A stretch of DNA of 62,528 bases, filler included, from Porpidia crustulata (GCA_964255105.1; 4 parts of 4 records of this genome joined end to end with filler, not necessarily neighbours in it), one strand, 5' to 3'. Numbered from the whole stretch's first letter, positions 12,085 through 24,963 are shown. A program made the numbers and translations. The notes: generated by a model from the sequence alone, not told the origin.

Positions 12085-14805
12085 ATGCGTCCGCCACATC
12101 TGATCGGATTACTGGTGTGCTTTGTTGGCTTGCCCGTCTTCCTCACTTTCTTCTCCCTCCTCCATACTCGTCCTGAACATGAGATTGCCACTACATCATC
12201 TGATCCCGAACGCGAGAGTGGGCTATGGGCCTTTTTCTCCTTCCACACGCCATCGACACTATTTCCACCTTCGGCAATCATCAGCCTCACAGACGACAAC
12301 TCCACCTTTTTCTTATCTCGGCCAGCCGACTTTGGCTCGTTGCTGCCTTCGGACGGTCTAAGTGGACAATTGTGGGTAGGAAGTGGTTTCGGCGAGAATG
12401 GACTAGGAAGGGCGGGAGCAACAACTGGGGCAGAAGGTGAACTTGGATGCAGTGATGTACCTGGCTGGACTGGAGGAGGCAAAGGCCGTCATGGCGACAC
12501 CGGCGGCGATCATAATGGGCAAAGAGAAAGTGATGTTGTGGATGGCCAAGTGACTGACGTTGATCCGAGCACCGGCAAGCAGAGGAGATTTGATGCGTCA
12601 GGCAAGGCTTTGGAGACTCAGGAAGGTCCAGCTCCACCGCAAGATGACGGTACCGATGATCATCTGCATCATCCTCTACCTGGGTCATTAGTCTCCAAAC
12701 CCTCGGAGCCTGGCCAACCTGCTCGGCACGAAAAAGCACAGACCGGACATTCATCAGGCCATGCCGATATCCAATCCTTGCAAGAAAGCGCCGAGATAGC
12801 AGGCAAGGTGGTACTTTTGAGCAGAGGTGGCTGTGGTTTCCTGGAGAAAGTGAAATGGGTACAACGCCGTGGAGGAACCGCTCTCATCGTAGGAGATAAT
12901 ACTCAAGGAGGGCCGTTAGTCACCATGTACGCCCGAGGAGATACATCAAATATCACCATTCCTTCGCTATTTACCTCGCATACAACTGCACATCTCCTTG
13001 CGTCTCTCATTCCGCCAGCTGAAGATGCCAGCTCCGGTGACGAGTCTTCGTTAGGTTCAAAGTCGAAGCTGACGACTAAGAAGCCTACAAGAAAGAAAGG
13101 TTCATGGAAAAACAAAGTCAATGAAAACAGACCTACTTTCACCGCAGAATACGATCCTCCACCATCAACCTTTACACCGGCAATTGATAATGACCCTACG
13201 AAAGGACTCGTCGCATCAAAATTCGTCCTTGGTGGAAGGTCCCATGTCTCGGGACTTCCAGAGAATAGCCGGCGGCCTCCCAGCAGTGGAAGTATCGCTC
13301 GGTTCGGCGAGAAATGGGCTGACGATGAGCTGCCGGAACAGAAGGTCGATAAGAAAAATGGAAAAGGATGGTCAAAAGACACCAAGAGCAAAGAGAAACA
13401 AAAAACCACATCACAATCAAGCTCTGGTGATGACTTTTTGATTGGTGTGCAAGATTGGCGTGATCCTGATTTGGTTGGCACCCAGACGCTACAGAGTATA
13501 AGTTCATCCACCAATCCAGCAGCCAGGCCATCCAGCAAGAAAAGTATTGATGCACATGAGAAAGGTGGCAAAGCTCTAGCTGGTGGTAGTATTACTCCAG
13601 GGAGCGGAGAGTATGGAAACCCAGGTCATCGGTACGACGGTTCGCAGATGCTTCAAGATCAAACACAAAAAGTTACCCGCAAAGATAGCTCTAGGAGTTG
13701 GTTCAGACGCTGGTTCTTAAAAGCGGATCACGAAAAAAAGAGCACTCGTGTCAATATCCCTCGTGATGCCAATACCAAAGCTCTCGCCTCACACGAATTC
13801 GAGGATTTGTTCATCAATGAAGCATTCGAGCATACTTATGATTTCGATGCACACGATGGTCTTTGGGTAACGCTGACACCCACGACTATGTCAACCAGCC
13901 CTTTCTTTGATACCCTGCTAGTGTTGGTAGTAAGTCCTCTGGTCACCTTGACCGTCGTGTACGCCCTGTTACTTTTACGTTCTCGCATTCGCAGACGCCG
14001 ATGGCGAGCTCCCAAATCCGTCGTCGACCGTCTACCTGTTCGAACATACCATACCATGTCCTATTCCTCGACTTCATCTTCATCGTCATTATCAGCCTCA
14101 CCGAAATCATCATCACCTGCCTCACCACTATTGCAAGCAAGTCCTCGCTCAACCATAACAGTCCCACGGCCACGCTCACGAACTACATCTGGTATAGGCG
14201 AAGCGGTATCCGCTTCATTAGATAAAGCGTCGGCGAAAGCGAGTCTTTCTAAACAAGACCAGCCGAGGAAACCGTACAGCGGGAGACAAATCGAATGTGT
14301 TGTCTGCCTCGAAGAATACGTAGATGGCCACAGCAGAGTCATGAGTCTACCATGTGGTCACGAATTCCACGCCGAGTGCATGTAAGTTGGCGCTGACTCA
14401 TACAAAATCATGAAGAGACTGACCCATCCCCACAGCACACCCTGGCTCACCACCCGCCGCCGCACATGCCCAATCTGCAAAGGCGACGTCGTCCGCTCTC
14501 TGGCACAATCCACCAAACCCAAATCACCCACCAGCCCCTACCACGACACCCCATCGAACGACCGCGACATCCAAACCCAAGCCGCCGAAACCACCAACGA
14601 GTCCCCCTCATCCGCCATCCCCATCCCCCGCGACGCCAACGCGGACCTGGAGCGCGGCGACGACCTAGCTGCGACCCTCGTCAACGACCAGCACGAAGAT
14701 GGAACCTCTCCCACGACCGGGTGGCAAGGTTTGGCATCGCTAAGCCTGTCGGCCTTTAGTGGGGAAGCGGCTTGGAGACAGGCGCAGGCGGATCGGAATC
14801 GATGA
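12085..14805 (+). CDS. PA-domain transmembrane RING-H2 E3 ubiquitin ligase; 2 exons
   Basis: PA motif KVVLLSRGGCGFLEKVKWVQRRGG, TM helix, RING-H2 CVVCLEEY..LPCGHEFHAECI/TPWL..CPICK split by intron 14382-14435. Confidence 0.92.
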
Positions 14806-15094
14806 AAGGGACTAAGGTACGAGAGGCGCGAGTACCGGGGGCGTTGTGGGATGGTGTATAGGGCGCCGGAATGTGTTTCGTTCGTGGCGGGTGGCACACT
14901 GTGGCGCCTGTGCAGGCGTGGGGGGTGAATGGTTTTTTTGTCGATCGCCTGTAGGATACCAATTATCAAGTTTGACGGGCAATGAGGTTTGGATGTGTTT
15001 GTGTGGGAGACTCTGCCTTTTTCATGCCGCGCTGTTGTGGTTCCTTTGGGGGTCGCTGTCTATATTTTCTAGTAGTTTGACGGATGAATATCGA

Positions 15095-15540
15095 TTGCCA
15101 TCCCACCCCATCCCATCTCATTTTCTTCTTTTAATTCTCTCTTGTTCTTTGTTCATTTCTTTTTTACTTCTTTTTCGTTTCTTTTCTTTTCGATTCATGT
15201 CATTTCCTCCTTTTCTTCTTCTCTTTACTCTTTATCTCATTTTCTCTCATTTTATTCTTTTCCTCTTCTTTTCATTTTTCTATTCTTTCTCTCATTTCAT
15301 TTCATTTCATCTTTATTCTTCTTTTTCGATCTCATTTCATCTCATTTATCTCATTTTTTCGTTCTTCCTCTCCTCCTTTTCATCTTTTTCTCATCATCTC
15401 TTCAACCCCTTCTTCATTTCTCATCTCATTCTCTTTTCATGTCATCAGCCCCCTTCTCCCTCCCTACTCACCATCCGCCCCTTTTTTCCTTCCCCCTTTT
15501 CACATCTCTTCAATCCCCTCATCAAAAAATCCTCATCAAT
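15095..15540. repeat. CT-rich low-complexity contig end
   Basis: Almost pure pyrimidine sequence right before the gap; probably low-quality read end. Confidence 0.7.
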
Positions 15541-15567
15541 GTATTCAGATAATCCAATATCCCAGAT

Positions 15568-15667
15568 NNNNNNNNNNNNNNNNNNNNNNNNNNNNNNNNN
15601 NNNNNNNNNNNTTAATTAATTAANNNNNNNNNNNNNNNNNNNNNNNNNNNNNNNNNNNNNNNNNNNN
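15568..15667. other. Artificial contig linker (N44-TTAATTAATTAA-N44)
   Basis: 100 nt; the 12-mer puts stops in all six frames; identical to the other two linkers. Confidence 0.97.
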
Positions 15668-15877
15668 TCAATCCACAACCCTTTTCACCCTAAGTCAGCC
15701 CATCATATATCTCAACAACTTTCGAAAATACTCGCTATTTAATCGACGTATAAATCTATTAACAAATTAATTTACACGAGCATACGAAACGAATCAATCT
15801 CTACGCGGACTGGGACTTTGTTTGTAGTGTGTTATTAATTGGATATTAAGCTCTTCTCGTGAAGTAACTTCGCAAGC

Positions 15878-16177
15878 TGTTACGGACCAGGGGTCCAGGC
15901 CCGTAGACAAGTAAGGCTAGGAGCGGGTTAACAATTCTCCTAGCGAGCTCTACCAGCTCTACCAGCTCTACCAGCTCTACTCGGCTCGGAGCCTGTAGAG
16001 CCAGTAGAGCCGGTAGAGCCCACCTCTATATATGGGGGCTCAACCCCCATATGGCTCCGCTCCTTAGCAGTTATCTCATGTAGCAATCTACACTCATTGA
16101 ACTCTTAGCTGAGCCCTCAATACCTATTGAGTCTAGCCTAACCCGCTTCCACTCATGCGTAGTACGCCTTCGCTACA
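15878..16177 (+). mobile_element. Solo LTR of an LTR retrotransposon, 300 bp
   Basis: TGTTACG...CGCTACA termini (TG..CA), flanked by a perfect 5-bp TSD CAAGC (15873-15877 and 16178-16182). Internal TATA-like run near 16027. Orientation is tentative. Confidence 0.85.
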
Positions 16178-16539
16178 CAAGCGTATCGACCTATATATTA
16201 CGGAGCACGAATGACGGTGACGAGGGTCGAAATTCTCGTACAGAGGCCACTGCTAAGTCGGTAGGAGTCGAAAAGCGGCCTTGAATGGGGTTCGAGAAGG
16301 GAGGGAGGACTTATGGTCATGGCTTTTCATCAATGGGAATCCTGATAAAATTACTATCATTCATCAACGAGAGACTTATAGAATCTCTGTACTGCACTTC
16401 GATGGCTCTGGAATTAAACATTTTTGAGAATCAAAGTCAAAGCGTTATGTAGACGGAATTTTACAGTTGTTGTTTCTCATGCTGGCGCTCCCGCTGGACG
16501 AATATTTTGCTCCAAAGCTCTCAAGAGTCCCTGCGATCA

Positions 16540-17546
16540 TTACCCGGCAACGGTGTTGAACGTCGAAGCGCACTGTCCCCTGCCCCCGACCGCAAACGGA
16601 TACTTGGCAGCATTGACGCTCAATGTCCCAGGCTGATACCCCTCCACTGCGCACTTCGGCCCCAAATACCCGGCCCCGACGGCTTTCTGCAACAGCACCG
16701 TGCAGTTCCCGATCGAGTCGACCCGGAACCCGATGCAGTTTCCAAAATATCCCTGCACCCTTCCGCCTTGCTCGTTGGGGAACGGGTTGAAGGCGCTACA
16801 GGCGGCACAGCAGCCTGGGACCGTGGTGTCGGGGACACCTTGGCGACCGGGATGGTCGAGGCCAAGGGAGTATTCGAAAGCGTCGGTTTCGGGCGAGGTG
16901 AGTTTTATGGCGCCAGGGTAGAGGGTTTCGGTTGCGCAGGCGCCGGTGAAGGGAACGGTCGTTGTTGTGGTGATGGTGGTGGCCTAGAAATGGGCGTTGG
17001 AATGGTTGCTTTTGGTCACAGGAAGAGGTCGAAGAGGAGGGGACTTACGGTTGGGCTGGTGTAGTAGAGGTAATCGGTGTATGTCGCCGTTGCGACGGAG
17101 AGGCAGGAGCAGGCGCTGCTGATGCGCGAGGGAGTTGGGTAAGAGAAGAGGTAGGTCGGGAGGAGATAAGGTGCGTATTGGGTGGGATATGCGATGGCGG
17201 TTGCGGTTTGGGTACTCGTTGTCCTGTTGAAATTCATGTCAGCGATGTAGATTTGGAGCAGCTATTGCAGGTGTTCCTCTCCTGGTCACAATGAGAACAC
17301 ATGGCAAGACCGAACTCACTCCGTAAAGCTCGGCGTCGTATGCGTCCCAGGTACCTCGACCGTCTTCACCGGAATGTTAAGATACGAGCTACAAAACGGC
17401 GTCGCACTCGCAGCGTTTGCCTCCAGTGCTCGAAGCACGTTGTCTTGGTTGCAGGCGGCTCGTCTCTCCACTGCGAGGCCTGCATTCACCATAATGGGAC
17501 TCGTACAAAGGGCAATTATTACTATAAGGATATTAAAGGTCTTCAT
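16540..17546 (-). CDS. Secreted Cys-rich protein; 3 exons
   Basis: Signal peptide MKTFNILIVIIALC, dibasic ERR site, motifs CNQDNVLRAL..ATPFCSSYL and SRISSACSCL, Thr-rich linker, C-terminal GCCAAC..NCIG..NC..KC..QC. Introns 17319-17224 and ~17048-16984. Confidence 0.78.
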
Positions 17547-18974
17547 ATTCACAGTCTCCTTAATGATAGAGTTCTAGAGAAAAGAGGACTAAGAGAGAAG
17601 AGTTCTAAAGAGAATGAACGGGATTGAACATTCAGAAAAGAAGCAGCAAGTTCTTATACAACAGCCCCCGCAATAGCTATTCTCTTTGCACAGTGTATAT
17701 TAAGACAAATCAACGACCAGAATTTATCAGGGCTCCCTGCAGCTTCGCCAACCACAAGGCTAAGAGCCTCTACCTTAACATGTCAAAGGCCAGTCTCGAG
17801 CGTGCGTGTCAGCAACGACCGCAGAAAACAGGCTGAGACTCGCATCTTCTCACGTTTTCGACGTTCAGAAACCGACAAAGATGATGATGAACTTTGTGTT
17901 GGAAGTGTATGCAACCCTAAAAGGCTGAAAGTGGACAACAGAAGCGAAAGGCTTTATTGGTGGCTTGCTCGAAGACAGGCATTAGAGAGAACACGACGAT
18001 ACACAAACAAATTGGAACGTGAGAATATGGTCAGAGAAGACCTAATAAGCGAGAGCTGAGGATGAGAAACTCGAACCAATGTTGACACGCTCTTTAAAAT
18101 CGGCTAAAAACTGCGTTGGTTATACTCATTTTCGAATATTGTTATAGTTAAAAACAATGTCACGAGGTTCAGCGACGGATGACTCAACTCGCTCGGCTTA
18201 GCTAGTTTCTCTTAGCTTCAGACAGACGAACATTTTTCTAGGTGGGCGCATATCTCGCTGGGATGCAGTTACAGCGCGTGTTGCCCTTAGGCAGGGGGAA
18301 TGTTGAGTTTCCTGTCAGAGCTTCGCTGCTGGATGTGGCTGAGGGGAGTTGGAGTGGTGCTTGCGTGTATAATCCGGGGCAGATTATGATGATATTGTAG
18401 TTCGCTTTTGGAGTCTGTGGACGCTGCTTACGAGGGAAAGATTATATAAAGACGGGGATCGCGTTCCCTATTGCTGCTGTTGCTATTCTTGGAACTGTGC
18501 TGTGGGCGTCTTCGTCATATATCGTCGTTCATCTCGCCCTTGTCGACTTTGTGACCTAGAATGGTGGTGTCATGCTGGGTATCCCAGACCCCCAAAATTT
18601 TCCAATTTGTCCTCTAAATGTTGAAGGCAGGCGACAAGAGCAGTCATGTCGCTACGATCCATCTGGCCCAGATGCTTTATCTATGGCCCTATATCACCTT
18701 TTCCTCTTTACCATTTCTCTTCCCTTACCTCCTTCAGGCACTTATACCACAACTATACCTACAACCCTTTTCGGCCTTCCAAGTCTCCAAAGTAGTGGTC
18801 CACGCCTCATCATTGCCAAATCAACTACGATTGTCATGCTAGCGATCGTCCAACACCATCGTCCAACCCTTCACGTTCGCTGATAATCGATATTACACCT
18901 TCTAGTTACAAATAACGTAAGTAGTTATAGCCGGGTACGAGGCAGCCAATTCAGACTCCCACCTTCTGCGCCCC

Positions 18975-19204
18975 TACACTGCCCCAAAGTGCTCCCTCTT
19001 GCTCCCTCGCTACTCCCTCTTGGTCTCTCGATGCTCCCTTGTGCTCCCTCGCTGCGCCTCCTTGCTCCCTCGCTGCGCCCCCTTGCTCCCTCGCTGCGCC
19101 CCCGTGCTCCCTCGCTGCTCCCTCTGAAGCGGCCCTACTCCCTTTCCCATCCCGGAACGGCAATCCAAAATCCTAAGTTCGGGGTGCATATAATATATGT
19201 ATAA
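18975..19204 (-). repeat. Dispersed repeat copy A with ~21-bp tandem units (GCTCCCTCGCTGCGCCCCCTT)
   Basis: About 6-7 degenerate 21-nt units plus a ~75-nt unique segment ending in a TA-rich run; homologous to 25709-25862 on the opposite strand. Confidence 0.8.
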
Positions 19205-20168
19205 AATCAAGCGATCGATGTGAAAGGGCTAACGAGTGTTCAGACAATAGAGGTACTTAACGTATGAAAGCAGAAGCAAGATGCAGAGCAATGATCTAAG
19301 GTGGTAAGTGAGCGCCAAGATGAAGAGCTAAGGTCAGGATAAGCTTTGGTCGATGTGTCTGCGTTCGTGATTGAGTGTTGTGCAGATAATTGCACGAGAC
19401 GAAGTGCGAAAGAATGGCGAGAAGAGTACTTGAGTATCCCAGGCCTGCTCACGCCAGGAAGTGTCGCAATTATGGGATCAACAGGAGTCTGCAACACAGA
19501 TTTAAAATGACTTCACCTCCACATTTTGCACCGTAAGCTTATCTTTTACGGAAAAGAAGAATTCAGAAACATCCAGAACAATAACCAGTAGATCAACATT
19601 TCTAAGTGTGATTCTTAACGGAATGAATGGACTGATCATCATATGAATAGAGATAGATGGACATTTTTAGACGGATTATTCAACCATTCAGGCTGTGAAT
19701 GAGGATACTACAGAATAAGGCGGTACAAGATCCATCCAGGCATTCTTTTAGGACATCTAGGTGGAGGGCACTGGAATATTTACTACAACAGATCAGATTT
19801 ACTCTCATAGTGTCCGTCATGAGGTGAATGGCGGTCTTACAGATTCTCCTAAGTGAGGGAATAGCGGTACGCTCGGCTTAGATGCTTACGTCCTATTTAT
19901 AATGTTGCCTTTCCAAAGTGATCAACTGTATCCCAAGAATTGAGGGTAGGATTGAAGGGTTAAATAAGCTGATCTAGTGATAATGTGGTGATGCACATGA
20001 GATTGATGACTTGAAAGTATGAAGGCAAGATTCTCCTCTGGGTGTGGAAGCTTTAGCCAGACATTCACGGTGCAGAAGTTCCGGATTGGGTCAAGAATAG
20101 ATAGTGCCCTTATTATGACGCAAACTAAATGATTCATAATTGCAATTAAGTTATGTCGTTACAAAATC

Positions 20169-20342
20169 GACGACGTGGCCGAGTGGTTAAGGCGATTGAC
20201 TAGAAGCAGATGTTACTCAGCGCCCATGGTCGGTACACCCTCTGTAACATACCCGTTACATGGTGCATTGATATATCCAGCGGGAAACATCGCCAATTAT
20301 CAATTTTCTTCGGAAGCACAGGTTCGAGTCCTGTCGTCGTCG
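20169..20342 (+). tRNA. tRNA-Ser(AGA) with a 93-nt intron (20206-20298)
   Basis: Acceptor stem GACGACG/CGTCGTC, A box TGGCCGAGTGG, anticodon stem ATTGA/TCAAT with AGA at 20202-20204, long variable arm TTC-TTCG-GAA, T arm ACAGG-TTCGAGT-CCTGT, discriminator G. Confidence 0.95.
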
Positions 20343-20354
20343 ACTTTGGTATCC

Positions 20355-20363
20355 TTTTTTTTT
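20355..20363 (+). terminator. RNA polymerase III poly-T terminator
   Basis: T9 run 12 nt downstream of the tRNA. Confidence 0.85.
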
Positions 20364-23267
20364 CACTTACAGGATTAACTAAGATGATAGATTTAATGAA
20401 ATGCTCGTCCGGAGAGACTATCAGAGGAATTTATGTCCAGATGGGTTCGTAGAAAATCGGACAGGCTAAAAGCTGGCAGCCGCAAAGGAGTGCGCAATTT
20501 AAATGCAAATTAGCCGCAAGTCGATCGCAGTAACATAAGCAGGATCTTAAATACACATGCAAAAAGTACACTACATATCTACACTAATCCTTCTGGACTT
20601 AACGAACAGAAAACTCGCACGTCCTTTCATGTCATTGTCAAAGCATCGAGCGCCAGCTTCGCAGCATCTACTGTTTCGTTTCCATCACCAGCTACAGATG
20701 AAGGCAGAGACTTTTGCCTCGCTCTCGCAGGCTTGATCACCTTCGGCCCGCTTCAGAGTTTTGATCGAAAGTCGAATGTGTGTTGATTCGTTTGAATCAT
20801 ACATTCTACGCCGAATTCGCCTCGGATCGTCAATCCAAATCTGTGCTTGGACTGCTGACTATATTTTATGTTACGATGAATCCCTGCCCTTTTCAGATCG
20901 GAACCCTTTGTAGCCATTCTCCTTCAAACCCTTAGAAGGATCTGTAGCTCTTTGGGAAACGAGGCAACAAAAGCTGTGAATACGAGACTAACAACTTGCT
21001 AATCAAGTTGGTGCCCTTTTTCCCGCTTGCGCTGTTTCGTTTGGACAAGAAGAAAGGCCTTCTTTCCCAACGTTCTTCAATGGAAACATCATCTTCGTCT
21101 ATTACAAAGACGTTTGGGTCTTAGTCTTGTACGTCCCAGTATCTCGACAGTCACTAGGATAGTCTCTGATAATTTGCTTTTTTCCTTTTATTTAATAGAA
21201 AAAGGAGAAACACTGTGGTTCTCAGACATCTTATTTTGGCCATTGCAGCGGTTATTGGTGCCGGTCATATGTGTTACATTCCTTTGAACTTAAGGAGAAC
21301 TCAATTCTCAAAACTTGTCATCGATTGTCAGGATAGATTGAGGACCGACTAGCTACAGAGTTTATTAAATAGATACCGAATTAAAGAGGACAGTATAGAT
21401 ATGGATAGCGGAAAGACATTAGCACACAAGCGCAGCCCAATAAGTGACTGCGACATCAAGAGAACAGGTAAGCCGCACGACGAAGAGCAGGAAACACAGG
21501 CCGTTACGCGCAAATTGGCGGATCCTGTTCCATCGTTCAATACGCTTTAATTTCTTAGCCACAAGAATACTGCCAAGGCTCCAGTATCGACGCATCTCTC
21601 AACGCCAACTGTCATTTCTAGTACAAGGAAAAGCAAGTCACAGAATTACTCATGGCCAAAAACCGGCGCCAATGACGACGACGGCAGCAAAAACAAAGAC
21701 AATGTTGGAATTTGGGGGTTTATTGGCAATCTCCGCCACATGGGGCTGGGGACGCTAATAGAAACTTTCCTATTTTTCCTGTTCCATCCCCTAGAAAACT
21801 TCCTAATAACCACATCAATACCAATGCCATCAATTCCATACCTGATCCGCCAACCGACAAGAACAAAGAACCCACTCTCTCCTCCGTTGTGGAGGAAATA
21901 CTTAATATGCTCAATTCACGTACTCCCCCCAGCGAAGGTAAATATGAGATAGCCGCATCTTGATTGCCGGTCCAAAATTTGTTGGAGATAAAGATCCTGT
22001 ACATAGTCGCCTTTGGAGGGATGCTGGGTTGTGCAATGAGTTTCGCAGTTCCCACCCTGAGAGTGACTGAGATGGACACAATCCACAGGGAGAGGTCCGA
22101 CATTTCTTGACGGGGAAACCGACCATTATCTTGATGTCGATCGCTCAGCCTTGTCCACTCTTCGATGCAGCCTGACAGGTAACCCAATTTAAGCCTAAAG
22201 AAATTACTGCACATTTTTGTCGGGAGAGGACCGGCTATGTCACGGCTAGAGTATCGGGCTCGTCCGGAAGCACGCGTCGACTTCTAGAGCTGCGTAACCA
22301 TCTATCTTCCTGCTGAGGTACAATTTCTAGCGATGGATATCTCATGGTGTCAAACCCTCCTCCGGACTTGCTCTACCTCTGTCTCGCCTTAATTCCCGGC
22401 ACCTCTACGTTTACGGAGCCCCATTCTCATTCAAGAAGTCTACAAAGCTGATCTATGGAACCTCCCTAGCAAGCGTCAATGCTGTTCTGCAGCAGATCGT
22501 TGGTCTCTGAGCCAAATGGGTACAAGTGATTCGAGAAGCAAAGTCTAAGATTGACCCAATAGAGATTGTATGAAATGCAAAAAGCAAGAGTAGAAAAGAA
22601 GGTAGATGGAAAGAGAAAACCTACACCTCAAAGCATTGAATTGAAAGAAGATGTTGTGAACGACTTGAAAGGAAAGCACGCGTATACAGTGAACTACGAA
22701 GGCTTTCGTTAGCTTAAAAATAACACGTCTAGACTTTACAAAGGGACGGTTATAGTAACAGTAGCTGGCGGACGTCTACTGCGCCCAGCGATTCTGAGCA
22801 TCTGCCTCCTCCGCAAGACAAACTCTACCCTTCCAGTCTAAGTAATTATGCAACATCATGAATATGAGCAAGCTGGAAGAAATGTCTAGTTTGGTAGAGT
22901 TCCCGATCGAACTGGCGCCAACTGCACACTACCGGTAGACTATGCCAAGATTGCACTGCACGCTGCAGCGGAGCATGGTTTCGGCTAAGGCTCAGAGGTT
23001 CTCCAACGTTCATTGAATTCGGATTTTTTGCAAGTCTCCCTTCACTCGGAGGCCGTTTCGTCCCAAGAACACCTTCTCTTGGAATTTAGATATCATAGAG
23101 CTAAGCTTATACTACGTTGACTCGGATCCAGTTGACATCATGCCGAGCTCCTTCCTTCCCCTTTACTACGGGATAAATCGACGTGTTTTTATCGATAAGA
23201 AGCCTATACTTTAATCACCATTCTCAGGGGGCTTGATGCCTTTTCTGACGCTTAGGGCTGTATGTTT

Positions 23268-24963
23268 CTAAGTCATCGGACTTTCTTGATGGTCCTCTAT
23301 CCAACGGGCCACGGTGTCTTTTCTTTTACTTGATGTGCGAGACTTCTGGCGTTGTTGTCCCACTTCGATTTTATATCTTTGATTATAAGTCGATTTCGAG
23401 CCTTGTGGATTTTTCTTCGATTTCTTGGAAGGCTTACTGTCGCCGTACAAGTCATATCCGATGGTCTGTCGCCGAACTTTAGCATCGTTGTTGTTCCGAA
23501 ACTTCTCTCTAATAGCTTCGGCGGCCGCTTTGAGCAACCTAAATAGCGCCTCCTCTGCATAAGCTAAGAGTATGGGTCTGAGTGTCTCAAGGACTGCATC
23601 TCGGTTGCAATTGATGCCGAACTGGAGTCGTTTGAAGACACGATACAGGAATAGGAGCGGATATCCATCCGTGATCATGTCGGCCTTCTCGGTCACTCGG
23701 GTTGTTCGATGAATGCGGAAAGTGAGGCCTTCCGTACTTGCTACAACGGAGAAGAATCTCACTTCTTCAAAAAACTTTTGCTGATGGTCGAAGCCCGCCT
23801 CCCGGAAAACTCGTACATATTATATAGTGACTGACTCGCATTGTTCAGATTCCGGAGTAATGCAGCGGAACTGGCGCTCGAAGTCATGCCTTTCGATCTC
23901 GATAGTCAAGAAGTGAAAGACTTTACGCCGCGCAGGATAACGTAAACTTTCGTAGGAAGCAAGACTTTGTGTTGCGAGGGGTAAACTTATCCAAGACAGA
24001 TCTGATAATAATCTCTCCCTGCAAAACGCTACAGCAAGATCTGGCTCCGGCATAGTTAGAAGGCTGTCTCCTCTCTCTACAAAAGCGCGACTCGGTGCAG
24101 GCGGGCAGGTCCAAAATTCGTCGACGCTAATCTCGAGAAGTCGTGGACGGCTAGTGTCCCTTCTATAGACGAGACAGTGGCGCGCAATAAGGTTCATCAT
24201 TATAGTCCGTTGGAAAATGGCCTCATCTGAGTGTCCAATCCAACTCGCCTCATCCAATGCCCATAAGGTTTCGTACGTTTTCCTCTCCTCGTCCGTCTCC
24301 CAGGCTTGGTCCTGCGGCAGGGTGTTCAAAATCTGGTTTTGACGAGGATCTAACATTCCGCTCTCGTCCAGTTGAACGTTTCTAGAACCAAGACCCATCT
24401 CAAATTGAGGTTTCACTTTTTGGAGAGCCTCTGACATTGCTGGCTAATGCGCAAAGAGTGCGCCTAGTATAGCCAGAGTATCTTCATCCAAAGGTGGTAA
24501 GTATCCCCACTTGAGACCGAATGCTACTTCTGGGTCTAATCCTTGCATTCTTGAAGAGGTCTCCTTATCCGGGCTCTCTGGACCTAGGCTCGAACCATTT
24601 GGGGAGGTTACGTTGACAGCGTGCGGTTGTTCTACGCCTTGTTTTGTGCGAATCTTGCGACGTTTGCGAAGGATTGATTCTGGATCTTGTATCTCGGCTT
24701 CTTTGATGGCCAATCCAGATCGGAGTCCAGATCTGGTCTTACGGAGAGGGAGTTGGGATGATGCAGGAGGTAGATTGAGCTACAAGGTGATAGATGTATC
24801 AGCTAATGTGTATCGCTGAACGCTACTCGGTAAAGGGCAGATGTGACATCTAGGAGTAGGTCAGACAGCGTACCATTTTATCAACCTTTTGAGTACGCTC
24901 AGTGCCCTTGGGAGCTTTCTCATCCTCAGCCTCGGCAGATTTGATCTTTCTTTTTGGTGGCAT
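23268..24963 (-). pseudogene. Disrupted gene for a fungal PD-(D/E)xK nuclease-fold protein
   Basis: PEPDLAVAF..FHFLTIE[fs]SK..LLRNLNNASQSLYNMYEF[fs]REAG..VRFFSVVASTEGLTFRIHR. In-frame TAG at 24446-24444 and two frameshifts (~23898, ~23807). The 5' exon (MPPKRK, 24963) is tentative. Confidence 0.65.

Noticed and set aside
12009..14969. Many antisense and nested ORFs over long genes (also over MED14, DPH2, trehalase)
   Set aside because: Shadow ORFs of the real coding frames with no independent motifs.
14846..15619. 257-aa and 136-aa Phe/Ser/Leu-rich ORFs
   Set aside because: Products of a CT-rich low-complexity contig end that runs into the N gap.
15612..15623. TTAATTAATTAA as a biological motif
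   Set aside because: Embedded in Ns and repeated identically three times; an assembly spacer.
18951..19210. Repetitive ORFs (AAREQGG, LAPSLRP) or a CRISPR-like array
   Set aside because: Translations of a 21-bp minisatellite with no unique spacers, in a eukaryotic genome.
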